This document shows, piece by piece, positions 43,130-52,529 of a stretch of 64,000 nucleotides of DNA. The translations under genes and the position numbers were made by a program. The stretch's first letter is position 1, and the number at the start of each line of letters is the position of its first letter. This stretch comes from an uncultured delta proteobacterium (GTDB taxonomy: Bacteria > Desulfobacterota > Binatia > Binatales > Binataceae): positions 32,001-96,000 of the forward strand of contig CAWEEQ010000003.1 of assembly GCA_963808235.1 (NCBI GenBank), in the 5' to 3' direction. The notes beneath the pieces are model-generated. The model was given only the letters and a program-made list of their open reading frames with translations, did no database searches and was not told the origin of the DNA.

Positions 43130-45667
43130 ATGCATATGGCAAATGCAAATCAACAAACCGGAAGAACGTTGCCCAAATACAACGATGCACTCGGCGACTT
43201 TCTGAGACTTCCCGCGCAGATACCCCAAACATACACCGATGTTCTGACGCAGGTGTATCCATTGCCGGCCGATATTAGCGCGCTCAAGACGTTCTGCGGA
43301 AATTTTCTCAATCAGCAAGAGCCTTGCGCATGGATATTCGAACCAGCGGCGCCATGGGTCGTTATGCAGGTGTGCAACTACGGCAAGATAGCTATGACCT
43401 CGCAGAACGTTGGTTGGGTTTCCCAACACGAATTCGCTTTCGGATTTCCTGTGGCATGGTACGAGAAGGGGAAAAACGGAGAGCGGAAGTTCATGGATTG
43501 GGCAATGGTCTATCCATATATCTGGGTGGACGACCCGCTGTCGATGTCCCTGGGTCGCCAAGTCTATGGATGGGCCAAGGCTGGGATCGTACTCAATTGG
43601 CCCCGGCCCAACCTTGAACCGAACACGCGGAGCCTGGTGAGCATCGACCTTAAGGGTGGGCCTGGGGGCTCCGGCGTGGACGACCAAACACGCCCGAGAT
43701 TTCTCGAGATCCTTCAGCATCAGCCCGTGCTGTCCGGCAGATCGGGATTTGCAACGCTTAGCTCGCTGCCGGCCCGGATAATGGGCACCTATTTGTCGGC
43801 CGCGTCCGGCATGCTGGGCACATTCAACAGCATGATCAGTGGCTATCAGGAGCGCCTATCCGGTTACGCAAACACGCAACAGCCGCTGCAGGGTCTTATC
43901 AGGGAGTCCGCGAATCTAACTGGTCAAACTCTGCGATGGAACAACTACCTCGAAGAATTTTTGTCTGGCGCCCGCGATCTGACCCTCGCGCAGGAGCGGG
44001 TTTTGGGGATGCCGGTCGGGTCGGACGGCATCGAAGCTATACTGAGAAGCACCGCTGGTAAAGTCAGAATCATCACGCAGAAGCAAGTTCGAGACGCCGC
44101 GTGCCCCGACGATGCCGGCTTCAGCGCGCTTGTCGGCTCGACGATCAAGTACAGCCAGCCCATCGATGGCGGGCTCCTGCTTTCCGATCCCTTATCCCCG
44201 GATTCGAGCGGCGGCATTCAGATCTGTCTCCGCGATGATTTCGGCATCGTTGGCAGCCTTGGCCTCAAGCATCTGGACAGTGTGGATAACAACGCCCGCT
44301 GGTCAGTGCGCAGGCTACGGCCGGTGATGCCGTTCTGGGTGAAACTCAACATGTCCTACGATTCGGCGGACTGTCAGACTTGGCGCACGAGAGGTACGGA
44401 CTGGGCGATTGATTATCGAAGCCCCGAGCCTGATCCGCCGTCGGGTGGGGGTGCGTCACTCGGACAACCGCAACCAGAGACCAGGCGATCGAGTTCCCGA
44501 ATTGAAGATGCCGACAAACTTCCTCGCCTCGAGTATATTCCGTGGGGCAGTGGTGCTTCGCAGGAAATCGCGGGTCCCATGAAGGCTGCGAACTTCGGCT
44601 TGTGGGTCTATGGTCTGGAGGCAGACGGGGAGACGCTTAAAGCATTGTGCAATGAGTACCTGAATCAAGCGGAAGGTGGTCAGTCGTTCCATCAATTCGA
44701 GGTCAGTCCGCCATCAAAAGGGATGGCTTCCTGAATCAGAAGCAAGGAGTCTTATACGTCCTGATGATAGTGAGTAGTTTCGACGCCCTGTGCGGGACAG
44801 GTAAAGCGCCCGAATTTAATGATCTGAGCGATCGCGTCTTGACGTTTGCGATACCCGCCACCCACACCTACGGCGGCCGGACACACAAGTGCTCATTCCC
44901 CTGTATACCTTCGTCGAACAGGACTGGGATTTTCTGACCGAGAACGAGGTCTATGGAAGGTTCGCCTTCAAGTCGCTCTTGCAAAGCCCGCCGAACAGGT
45001 GGGTTGAACAATCGAAGGAGAAACAGGAGCTCCTTACTGTGCACACGACTGTCTTTCCCGCGGCAAATCAGAGCCTCAGCGCGCGCGATTCAGACCGCTC
45101 ATCCAGATCTGGGCGCCCTCAAAAGCCGAGCAGTCGAACGCCTTAGAGTCGCTGAGGGTCGCAGGTAACATCGCGGACGAGCAGATCTTGAACACTTACC
45201 TTAAATGGTTGGGACTGGAAGAGGCCAGCGTGCGAGGCGACGACACCGGCATTCGCAGCGTTGCCTTAAAGCAAGTCCGAGATGCAATCGAAACAGATCG
45301 CGCATGTTATCAGGCAATCGTGGGCGTGACCCGAAAGATTGAAGGGGGATGGAGTAAGGTCCGTGCTTCTTCCGACAGCCTGGAGGTGCGCTTCTACACG
45401 TATCCCGGTGTTACGAATCCCGACGTGACGAATCCCGGTGTGAGGTATTCCGGTGTGAAGTATTCCGGTGTGACGATCTACGAGACGATGGGCATTAACG
45501 GAGCACTAACTGAAGATGCTTATCACAAGTATTACAGTGCCAATACTCTCCCTGGGGCGAGGATATATGGCAAGATGTCCGACCAGTTGGGCCAGAATCT
45601 GTGCTGGACAATCGAGCAGGGCAAGTGGCAGGACGATCGGAGCGCTGCGGAGAAGTTTTTTTCGTAA
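43130..45667 (+). CDS. Tandem acetoacetate-decarboxylase-like fold protein, split by about 3 frameshifts (near 44720, 44888, 45093)
   Basis: Domain 1 has YIWVD...GRQVYGWAK and KQVRDA; domain 2 has YTFVE...EVYGR and KQVRDA; the frames join continuously. Confidence 0.7.
45401..45475 (+). repeat. Five in-frame 15-bp tandem repeats
   Basis: Encode YPGVT NPDVT NPGVR YSGVK YSGVT. Confidence 0.85.
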
Positions 45668-45685
45668 GTCTCCGCTAGATGAAAA

Positions 45686-46669
45686 TCAACAGTAGCCGAT
45701 TTCGCGGTACCAGCGTATGGCGTCCATTATAGTCTCGGAAAGAGGCCGCGCGGTGATGCCCAGTTCCTGGAGTGTGTCGGTTCGATCCAGGTAATCGAAC
45801 GCCGTGGCCATCATCATCCCGGCGGAGATTATAGGCGTTTGCTGGCCGAACATACTGAACACAACCTCCGTCCAGTATGAGCCGAACGCCGCGAGGCTGG
45901 TCGCGGTCGCGAACCTCGGCATCGGCACACCTCCCATCGCGCAGATCAAAGCATACAAATCGCGAGTCGAGATGTCGTGGCCGGCCATCAAGAGCGGCTT
46001 GCCGTATCTCTCGCCATCGATTGCTGCCATGAGGCCGGCCGACACGTCTCGAATGTCGATCACGTTCAACATTTGCGAGATCGACCCGGGTATTTCGCCG
46101 CAAAGAAGGAGCGGAATAGTGCAGACGCGGCGATCGTGCAAGTCCCATGGGCCAAGACAGTAAGTGGGATTGATGATGATGGCGCGAAGGCCGCGCCGCC
46201 CAGCGTCGAGAATCTGATCTTCGATCAGTTCTTTCACTTCGGAGTACGGAAGCGTTAGACGTATCGCCCGTTCGCGGAGACGCTGCGCTTCTGTTCGCGG
46301 ACTGACCAGAGTGACGAACGAACCCACGTATGCGAGCCGGGCATCATGCCGCGAGACCGCATCAACAAGTCGGCGCGTTCGCGCTTCTGCAGCCACGAAA
46401 GGATCTTGCTCAGGTTCGCGCCCCGGAAATACCAAAGACATCGGATAAGGTGCCGCGCCATCGACAACAAGGTCGTGTCCGGGAATCCATTTGTCCAACT
46501 GGCCCGGCGCGTCGGCGTCACCCCGCAGGTAAGTCACGGGCAAGCCTGAAAGATTGAGCGGCGGCGCGGGCCGCCGTCCGCACGCCGTTACCTCCCATTT
46601 CCGATCAAGGAGTGCACGAGTGATCGCATTGCCGACATGACCGCTCGCGCCGATTACAAGAGCCTTCAT
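45686..46669 (-). CDS. NAD-dependent epimerase/dehydratase (HpnA/dihydroflavonol reductase-like)
   Basis: GASGHVG, YSEVK (YxxxK) and NPTYCLGPWD. Confidence 0.88.
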   Translation of the reverse strand: MKALVIGASGHVGNAITRALLDRKWEVTACGRRPAPPLNLSGLPVTYLRGDADAPGQLDKWIPGHDLVVDGAAPYPMSLVFPGREPEQDPFVAAEARTRRLVDAVSRHDARLAYVGSFVTLVSPRTEAQRLRERAIRLTLPYSEVKELIEDQILDAGRRGLRAIIINPTYCLGPWDLHDRRVCTIPLLLCGEIPGSISQMLNVIDIRDVSAGLMAAIDGERYGKPLLMAGHDISTRDLYALICAMGGVPMPRFATATSLAAFGSYWTEVVFSMFGQQTPIISAGMMMATAFDYLDRTDTLQELGITARPLSETIMDAIRWYREIGYC

Positions 46670-46751
46670 AGGTAACGATGCATTTTCTGTTCGAGCCCAA
46701 AAGGGCGTATTATTCGGTATCTCGTTGTACCGCAACCGCTGGAGTGCTGCG

Positions 46752-47618
46752 ATGTCCGATGAGCATCGTTTCCGTTCGTCATTCTCATTCAATCCGGAAG
46801 TTGACCTACCCGCCGCGGTATACGTGAGCCAGCTTTGGTTGTATTCGCTTGCGGTCTTATACCCGACGCAGGCTTTGAAACGAATGGCTCTGTTCGTGAA
46901 AACCTCGGTGGGCAGATATCCGACGGTCTCGCGGATACGAGGCGAAGGACAGTACTACTGCCACGAATATCCAGAGCCAGTACTGCTCGATCGCACCTCT
47001 GAGCATGCCGACTCCGTCAGCGAATTCGACCGTGGCGCGGACTTGTACGAAAGAATTGTGTCGCCGTTTACCCGGCCCGTCCATGAGGAAGCTTTCACGC
47101 TCGTCCGCCGGCTTCTACCACCGGCGGCCAGAATCCTGGACCTCTCTTGCGGGCCTGGAACAGAATTGTTTCGTCTGGCTGAGTTAGTTCCCGAGGGTGA
47201 AGTCATAGGAATTGATCTCTCGGCCGAGATGGTGGCCGCGGCGCACGCAGGTGCCAAACAGCGCGGATTGCGAAATACGGCTTTCTTTCAGGCCGACGTG
47301 ACCAGCTTACCGGACTATTTCGGCGGACGTTTCGATGCCGTCCACTGCTCCTTTGCTTTCCATCATTATCAGGATCCGGTCGCAGCATTGAATGAGGCGC
47401 ATCGCGTCCTCAATCGCGACGGGAAGGCATTTGTCATCGACGGAGGTACGCGGTGGGCCAATATGCTCAGCGCTCCGTTTGCGAAGTGGGCCGATCCCGG
47501 CTGGGTCGCATTTCACACCGGACAGCAATTTGAGCGACTGTTTCTGAACTCAGGATTCTCTGCCTTCTACTGGGAAGAGGTGCTGCCGGGTATAGGTATG
47601 TGTATAGGCAGCAAATGA
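46752..47618 (+). CDS. Class I SAM-dependent methyltransferase (UbiE-like)
   Basis: ILDLSCGPG, GIDLS, FDAV and AFHH. Confidence 0.88.
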   Translation: MSDEHRFRSSFSFNPEVDLPAAVYVSQLWLYSLAVLYPTQALKRMALFVKTSVGRYPTVSRIRGEGQYYCHEYPEPVLLDRTSEHADSVSEFDRGADLYERIVSPFTRPVHEEAFTLVRRLLPPAARILDLSCGPGTELFRLAELVPEGEVIGIDLSAEMVAAAHAGAKQRGLRNTAFFQADVTSLPDYFGGRFDAVHCSFAFHHYQDPVAALNEAHRVLNRDGKAFVIDGGTRWANMLSAPFAKWADPGWVAFHTGQQFERLFLNSGFSAFYWEEVLPGIGMCIGSK

Positions 47619-47650
47619 TTTGTGTAACTGACTTCGCTCAAGTTCTCATC

Positions 47651-50600
47651 TTACGGAGAGCCAAGCTCGTCGAGCAGCGCCTTGGCAGCTTTGAGCTCAG
47701 GCATGTCGAATCCCTCGATGAAGAGCGCGTAGGTCTCGCTTAGTACCTGTTGCGCTTCAGCTTGCCGATTGTCTCGCTTGAGCAGGCGGCTCAAGCTCAC
47801 CGACGCCCGTAATTCAAACGATTTCGCGCTTTGCAGACGCGCGACTCTTATCGCGGTGCGGAAGTTCTGCTCGGCGGATGATTCCATCGACTTGATTTCA
47901 GCTGGAGAGATGCCGCCCCCGGAGGCTTGCTTGAGAGTCACTTCGCCCTTGATCCGGTGAATCTCGGCTTCGACGTATCGCTCTTCATTGCGTTCCATCA
48001 ACGCTTCAGCTTGCGCGATCAAGGCAAGTGCCGTATCGATCCGGCCATGCTTGCCCAAACCTTCTGCAAGATACGAGCGCGCCCATGTCTGGGCTAGTTC
48101 ATATCCCACCTCAGAGAGCTTTCTGTGACGGCGCGAGACGACCTTTAGTTCGTCGATCCTTCCCAGAGCCGCTAGTCCGATCGTCTGATATGCAATCAGA
48201 CCCTCCTTGTAAAAGCCGAATTCGCGCTCATTTGCCAGCGCCAACCCTTCCTCTATAAATGCGGCTGCGCGAAGAAAGTCCCATCTCATCGAGGCGTACT
48301 TGGCCATCATGCAGAGGCATACCACAAGGGTGAATGGTGATCGAAGTTCGCGTGCAAGCAGTAGTGACTCTTGCGCCTTTTTTTCGGCTTGATCCGCGTA
48401 CCCGAGTATCCAGAGAGTCATGGCATCGTAAATGAGAGACAAAACACCCGGTTCGTTACCAGATTGAAAAGCGAGCGTGTGGTGCTTTTGCGGATCATAG
48501 TGCTGAAAGCTCAATTCGAAATTGCCGTGAGCACCTATAAAATCGGCCATAAAGAACTGCGAATATCCCCAGACCCAATACGCCTGCACGAGCATTTCGT
48601 CGTTACGGGCGGTTCGCGCCAGTTGCATCATTTCGTTGCCGTATGAGCGCGCCGCCTGAAGTTTAGGTATGTATACGTGGAAGTTCGCCAGTCCAGACAA
48701 TACCGAGAAGAGCCGAGGATCGTCTCCGCCAAGCCCCCGACAGAGTTCACGAGCTCGCTTGTAGGCGTCTCCATACTCGGAGGCGGACCAGCCTTTCATA
48801 GCCAGCATCGCCAGGCCGTAGTCGATTTGAATACCTAGCTCAGTACGGGCTCGCTCCTGAGAATCAGGTAGTTTCGGAATCAATTCAAGAGCATTGTTCA
48901 AGTAGAAAAGAGCGCTCTTATAGGCGCTTTGCTCGATCGCGAGCCTTCCTGCGATGGCAAGGAATCGTAGCGTTCTGTTGGCGTCGGCAGCCGTACCTGC
49001 CTGCCAGAGATGATGGGCGAGATCGCTGGCGTGGTTGTCAAGTGCAGCACTATGAATGCTCTCAATCGCATTCGCGATGCCAAGATGAAGCCGTTGACGG
49101 CGTGGCGGCGATAAGTCGGCGATCACCGCCTGGCGGACTAGTTCGTGAGAAAACTGGAATCGTGCCTCCGGATAGTCTAGCGCCGATAAAATCAAGCCGG
49201 CCTTCTCCGCCTCCTCAACCTGGTCCAGGAGGGAGTCCGGATCCAAACCCGTTGCTGCCTCGAGCAGCCCGAAATTAAACGAGCGTCCTATTAGCGCCGC
49301 CGTCCCAAGAGCCCTTTGGGTGCTATCGCTCAGTTTCGCCAGCCTCCTCCCAATTGCCAGTCGGACATTTGGCGGCACGTCGATATCTGAAAGGGACCGG
49401 TCTCGGCGGAACTCAGCGCCGGATTCTATAAGCTCGCCGCGTTCGATCAGGTGACGAAAAACCTCCTCGACAAAGAAAGGGTTCCCCTCCGTACTCGAGT
49501 AGATGAATTCGACCACGGTCGGAGATGGATCGCTCCCGCTCAAGTCGCGCAGCATGGAGGCGACCGCATCTATCGAAAGTCCGGAAAGACTTAGGCGATC
49601 CACAAGATGAAGACGATTGAGTTCGTCCACAGCTTGCGCGAGCGGGCTGGCCTCGTCGAATTCGTTGTCGCGATAGGTTCCCACCACCAGCAAGGGAACC
49701 TGCGAGAGCGATCTCGCCAAGTGGGTCAGCGCCGAAAGCGTACTCTCATCCGCCCAATGCAGATCTTCGAGCAGAACAACCACCGGGATATTCTGCGCCG
49801 CGCGCGTAATTACATTGGTGATGGCTGTCAACAAAATCCGACGCGATTGCTCCGGCGCGACCTCGGACAAAGGCGGGATCTCGGGGAACATCCGCCTGAG
49901 CTGCGGTAGCAAGCGTGAGATCTCAGGAGCGTCCGAGCCTAGAGAATTGAGAAATGCCTTGGGGCTGGTTGCGTGAGCGAGCGAAGTCTCCAGAATCTCA
50001 ACAAACGGCAGGAAGGGTTCCGGCTCCTCTCTATCATAGCAGTTGCCGGAGATCGCAATCAGACCGTTGCGAACAACCTTCGCGCAGAACTCGGTCGCGA
50101 TCCGAGTCTTGCCAACGCCCGGAGGGCCGCTGATCATCACCACCCTTCCCTTGCCGCTCCGCGCGTAGTCAAGAACCCGATCGAGGACCGCACTTTCCGC
50201 TTCTCTGCCGACGAAAGTCGTTCGTCCGATCACTGCTTGGGCAAATGCGAATTCGTTGCTCGGAAGAACAGGAGCGGTGGAATCGCTCGCGGCCGCGGGC
50301 TCGAGCGAGTTTGTTGAAAATTGCCAGACAGTCGGTGCCTGCAAATCCGCGACATACGAGCAAAACGAGCCAGTCCGGACCGATCGATCCAGCATCCCGC
50401 CAAGCCCGCTGTCGTGCTCCGAGATCTTATGCAGCGCGGCCGTGATCGCGCGACTTACGTTGAGTCTCGCACGCTCCGCGACTGAACCCGCCCGCCTGTC
50501 GCGACCACTCAAGCCAATCGCGCGAGATATCTCTCGCGCCAGGAAATCGATCTCCGACTCAATCTCCGCTGCCCGTTCGCTGTTTCCGAGCGCTTGCGAG

Positions 50601-50968
50601 TCTTCCAGTTGTTCGCGCAGTTCAACCAGCCGGCGTTTGTAGTCCTGCTTCGCTTTCCCGTCGAGCATCTCCCCGGCATCTCCAAGTCGTCCAACACTCA
50701 AGTTGGAGTCGGTTGAAGCTGTCTCGAGGTATGAGCCTTCAGGAGCGATGGCGGTGTCGGGACCGCTCACGAGATCGAGAGCGTGAAACTCCTCGCCCGG
50801 ATGCTGAAGCAAGCGATATATATACGCCAGGCCTTTCGAGGCTCTGATCGAAAAGGTCGCGCCAGGTTCGCCAATCGTCCAGTAGTCGCCGGTAGTTGCG
50901 AAGACCACCGTCTTCGTAGGGCTTTCAACGCGCTGAGAATTCGCCGAGCGATTCTCGTGCCGGTTCAC
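47651..50968 (-). CDS. STAND-type AAA ATPase with TPR-like C-terminus and N-terminal putative regulatory domain
   Basis: FVGRE, GPPGVGKT, LEDLHWAD, TEGNPFF, FSHEL and terminal FELRA...EGF. Confidence 0.9.
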   Translation of the reverse strand: MNRHENRSANSQRVESPTKTVVFATTGDYWTIGEPGATFSIRASKGLAYIYRLLQHPGEEFHALDLVSGPDTAIAPEGSYLETASTDSNLSVGRLGDAGEMLDGKAKQDYKRRLVELREQLEDSQALGNSERAAEIESEIDFLAREISRAIGLSGRDRRAGSVAERARLNVSRAITAALHKISEHDSGLGGMLDRSVRTGSFCSYVADLQAPTVWQFSTNSLEPAAASDSTAPVLPSNEFAFAQAVIGRTTFVGREAESAVLDRVLDYARSGKGRVVMISGPPGVGKTRIATEFCAKVVRNGLIAISGNCYDREEPEPFLPFVEILETSLAHATSPKAFLNSLGSDAPEISRLLPQLRRMFPEIPPLSEVAPEQSRRILLTAITNVITRAAQNIPVVVLLEDLHWADESTLSALTHLARSLSQVPLLVVGTYRDNEFDEASPLAQAVDELNRLHLVDRLSLSGLSIDAVASMLRDLSGSDPSPTVVEFIYSSTEGNPFFVEEVFRHLIERGELIESGAEFRRDRSLSDIDVPPNVRLAIGRRLAKLSDSTQRALGTAALIGRSFNFGLLEAATGLDPDSLLDQVEEAEKAGLILSALDYPEARFQFSHELVRQAVIADLSPPRRQRLHLGIANAIESIHSAALDNHASDLAHHLWQAGTAADANRTLRFLAIAGRLAIEQSAYKSALFYLNNALELIPKLPDSQERARTELGIQIDYGLAMLAMKGWSASEYGDAYKRARELCRGLGGDDPRLFSVLSGLANFHVYIPKLQAARSYGNEMMQLARTARNDEMLVQAYWVWGYSQFFMADFIGAHGNFELSFQHYDPQKHHTLAFQSGNEPGVLSLIYDAMTLWILGYADQAEKKAQESLLLARELRSPFTLVVCLCMMAKYASMRWDFLRAAAFIEEGLALANEREFGFYKEGLIAYQTIGLAALGRIDELKVVSRRHRKLSEVGYELAQTWARSYLAEGLGKHGRIDTALALIAQAEALMERNEERYVEAEIHRIKGEVTLKQASGGGISPAEIKSMESSAEQNFRTAIRVARLQSAKSFELRASVSLSRLLKRDNRQAEAQQVLSETYALFIEGFDMPELKAAKALLDELGSP

Positions 50969-51235
50969 AAAATCCCCCTAGGCGCGTCCTGACTACCTGA
51001 GCGCCAAAATCAACCTAACCATTAAGAATCTCATCATTACTGCACAAACACAACGTAGACGCCAGCCAAATCCGCTGAGCAAAACTCCGGGCCCTCAGCC
51101 GAGTCGAGGGACGGCACCGACGAGAATTCGGCACAGCTGATCCGGACGCGTGAACTCTTGAATGCTGTTGGACGCCGTTATATTCGAGACGGCTTGCCCG
51201 CGAGCGCTGCGCGCCGTAGCTTCTCATGTAATCTC

Positions 51236-52495
51236 ATGATGCGGATGGCGGGCGTGCGGGAAAAATCATTGTCGAAGATAGTCGCGGTTATTTCGATCGC
51301 GATCTGGATTGCTGCGTCCTCTGTTCCAGCCGCGGCGGCGGCCAAGGCGCGGCGGCGGATGCCGGCGAGCGAAGAGCCTCCCGCCATGGCGCTGAGCCAG
51401 ATCCATGTGTTCGGAGATCGCCCCGCCCCGTTCGCACTCGACGCCAAGGCCGCGATAATGATCGACGCGGATACGGGCGCGGTGCTCTATGCGTACAACG
51501 AGCACGAAAAAATGCAGCCCGCGAGCCTTGCGAAGATCATGACCTTCTACCTGACGCTCGACGCGCTCAAGTTGCGCAAGGTCGCGCCGACCACCGACGT
51601 AACGATCAGCGAGAAGGCGTGGCGGCTTTCGATGGACGACAGCGTATCGCGAATGTTTCTTGGCGTTGGGCAAAAGGTTCCGGTCAACGATCTGCTGTAC
51701 GGCCTGATGGTGTCGTCGGGAAATGACGCCGCGGTGGCGCTCGCGGAATACCTCGGCGGCAGCACCGATGCGTTCACCACGATGATGAACGACAAGGCGC
51801 ACGAAATCGGATTGACCGAAACGCATTTCGACAACCCCGACGGTCTGCCGGCGGAAGGAGAGTTCACGACCGCGGCCGACATGGTGGCGCTCGCGCACTC
51901 GCTCCTGCGTCATCATCCGGAAGCGCTCGGCTACACCTCGGCCAAGGAGTTCGCGTTCGACAAGATCAAGCAGCCGAACTTCAACACACTGCTTTTCTAC
52001 GACAAGCGCGTAAACGGGATTAAAACCGGCCACGTCGAAGAGGCGGGCTACCATCTGGTCGCATCGGCCGGATCGAACGGGATGAATCTCATTTCCGCGG
52101 TGATGGGCGCGCCGAACTCGGAGAAACGCCGCACCGAGACCGAAAAACTTATCGACTGGGCGTTTCGCACCTTCGTCAGTTACAAGCCCGATCTGAAAAA
52201 GAACATGCCCGCCGCGATGCCGGTTCGCGATGGCGTTGCGGATACGGTCGCGATCGGCCCTAATGGCGAGGCGGTGTTCACGCTCGGGCGCGGCGAAGAG
52301 AACAAGGTCTCGGTAGAATTCACCCCGCTGGTGAAATACCTGGAAGCGCCGGTCCGTCCCGGCGATCACGTGGGAGATCTTGCGGTGATGCTGGACGGCA
52401 AACCGCAATCAACGATTCCGATCCTTACGCGGGCGGGCGTCGCGGAGGCGGGGTTCTTCGGCCGGCTACGCCAGCGTATCGGGCGCTGGCTCTGA
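51236..52495 (+). CDS. dacA: D-alanyl-D-alanine carboxypeptidase (PBP5/6)
   Basis: PASLAK (SxxK), SGN and KTG motifs; start codon uncertain. Confidence 0.92.
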   Translation: MMRMAGVREKSLSKIVAVISIAIWIAASSVPAAAAAKARRRMPASEEPPAMALSQIHVFGDRPAPFALDAKAAIMIDADTGAVLYAYNEHEKMQPASLAKIMTFYLTLDALKLRKVAPTTDVTISEKAWRLSMDDSVSRMFLGVGQKVPVNDLLYGLMVSSGNDAAVALAEYLGGSTDAFTTMMNDKAHEIGLTETHFDNPDGLPAEGEFTTAADMVALAHSLLRHHPEALGYTSAKEFAFDKIKQPNFNTLLFYDKRVNGIKTGHVEEAGYHLVASAGSNGMNLISAVMGAPNSEKRRTETEKLIDWAFRTFVSYKPDLKKNMPAAMPVRDGVADTVAIGPNGEAVFTLGRGEENKVSVEFTPLVKYLEAPVRPGDHVGDLAVMLDGKPQSTIPILTRAGVAEAGFFGRLRQRIGRWL

Positions 52496-52529
52496 TCGAG
52501 CGCCGATCGAAACTGTTAACTGTTAACCG

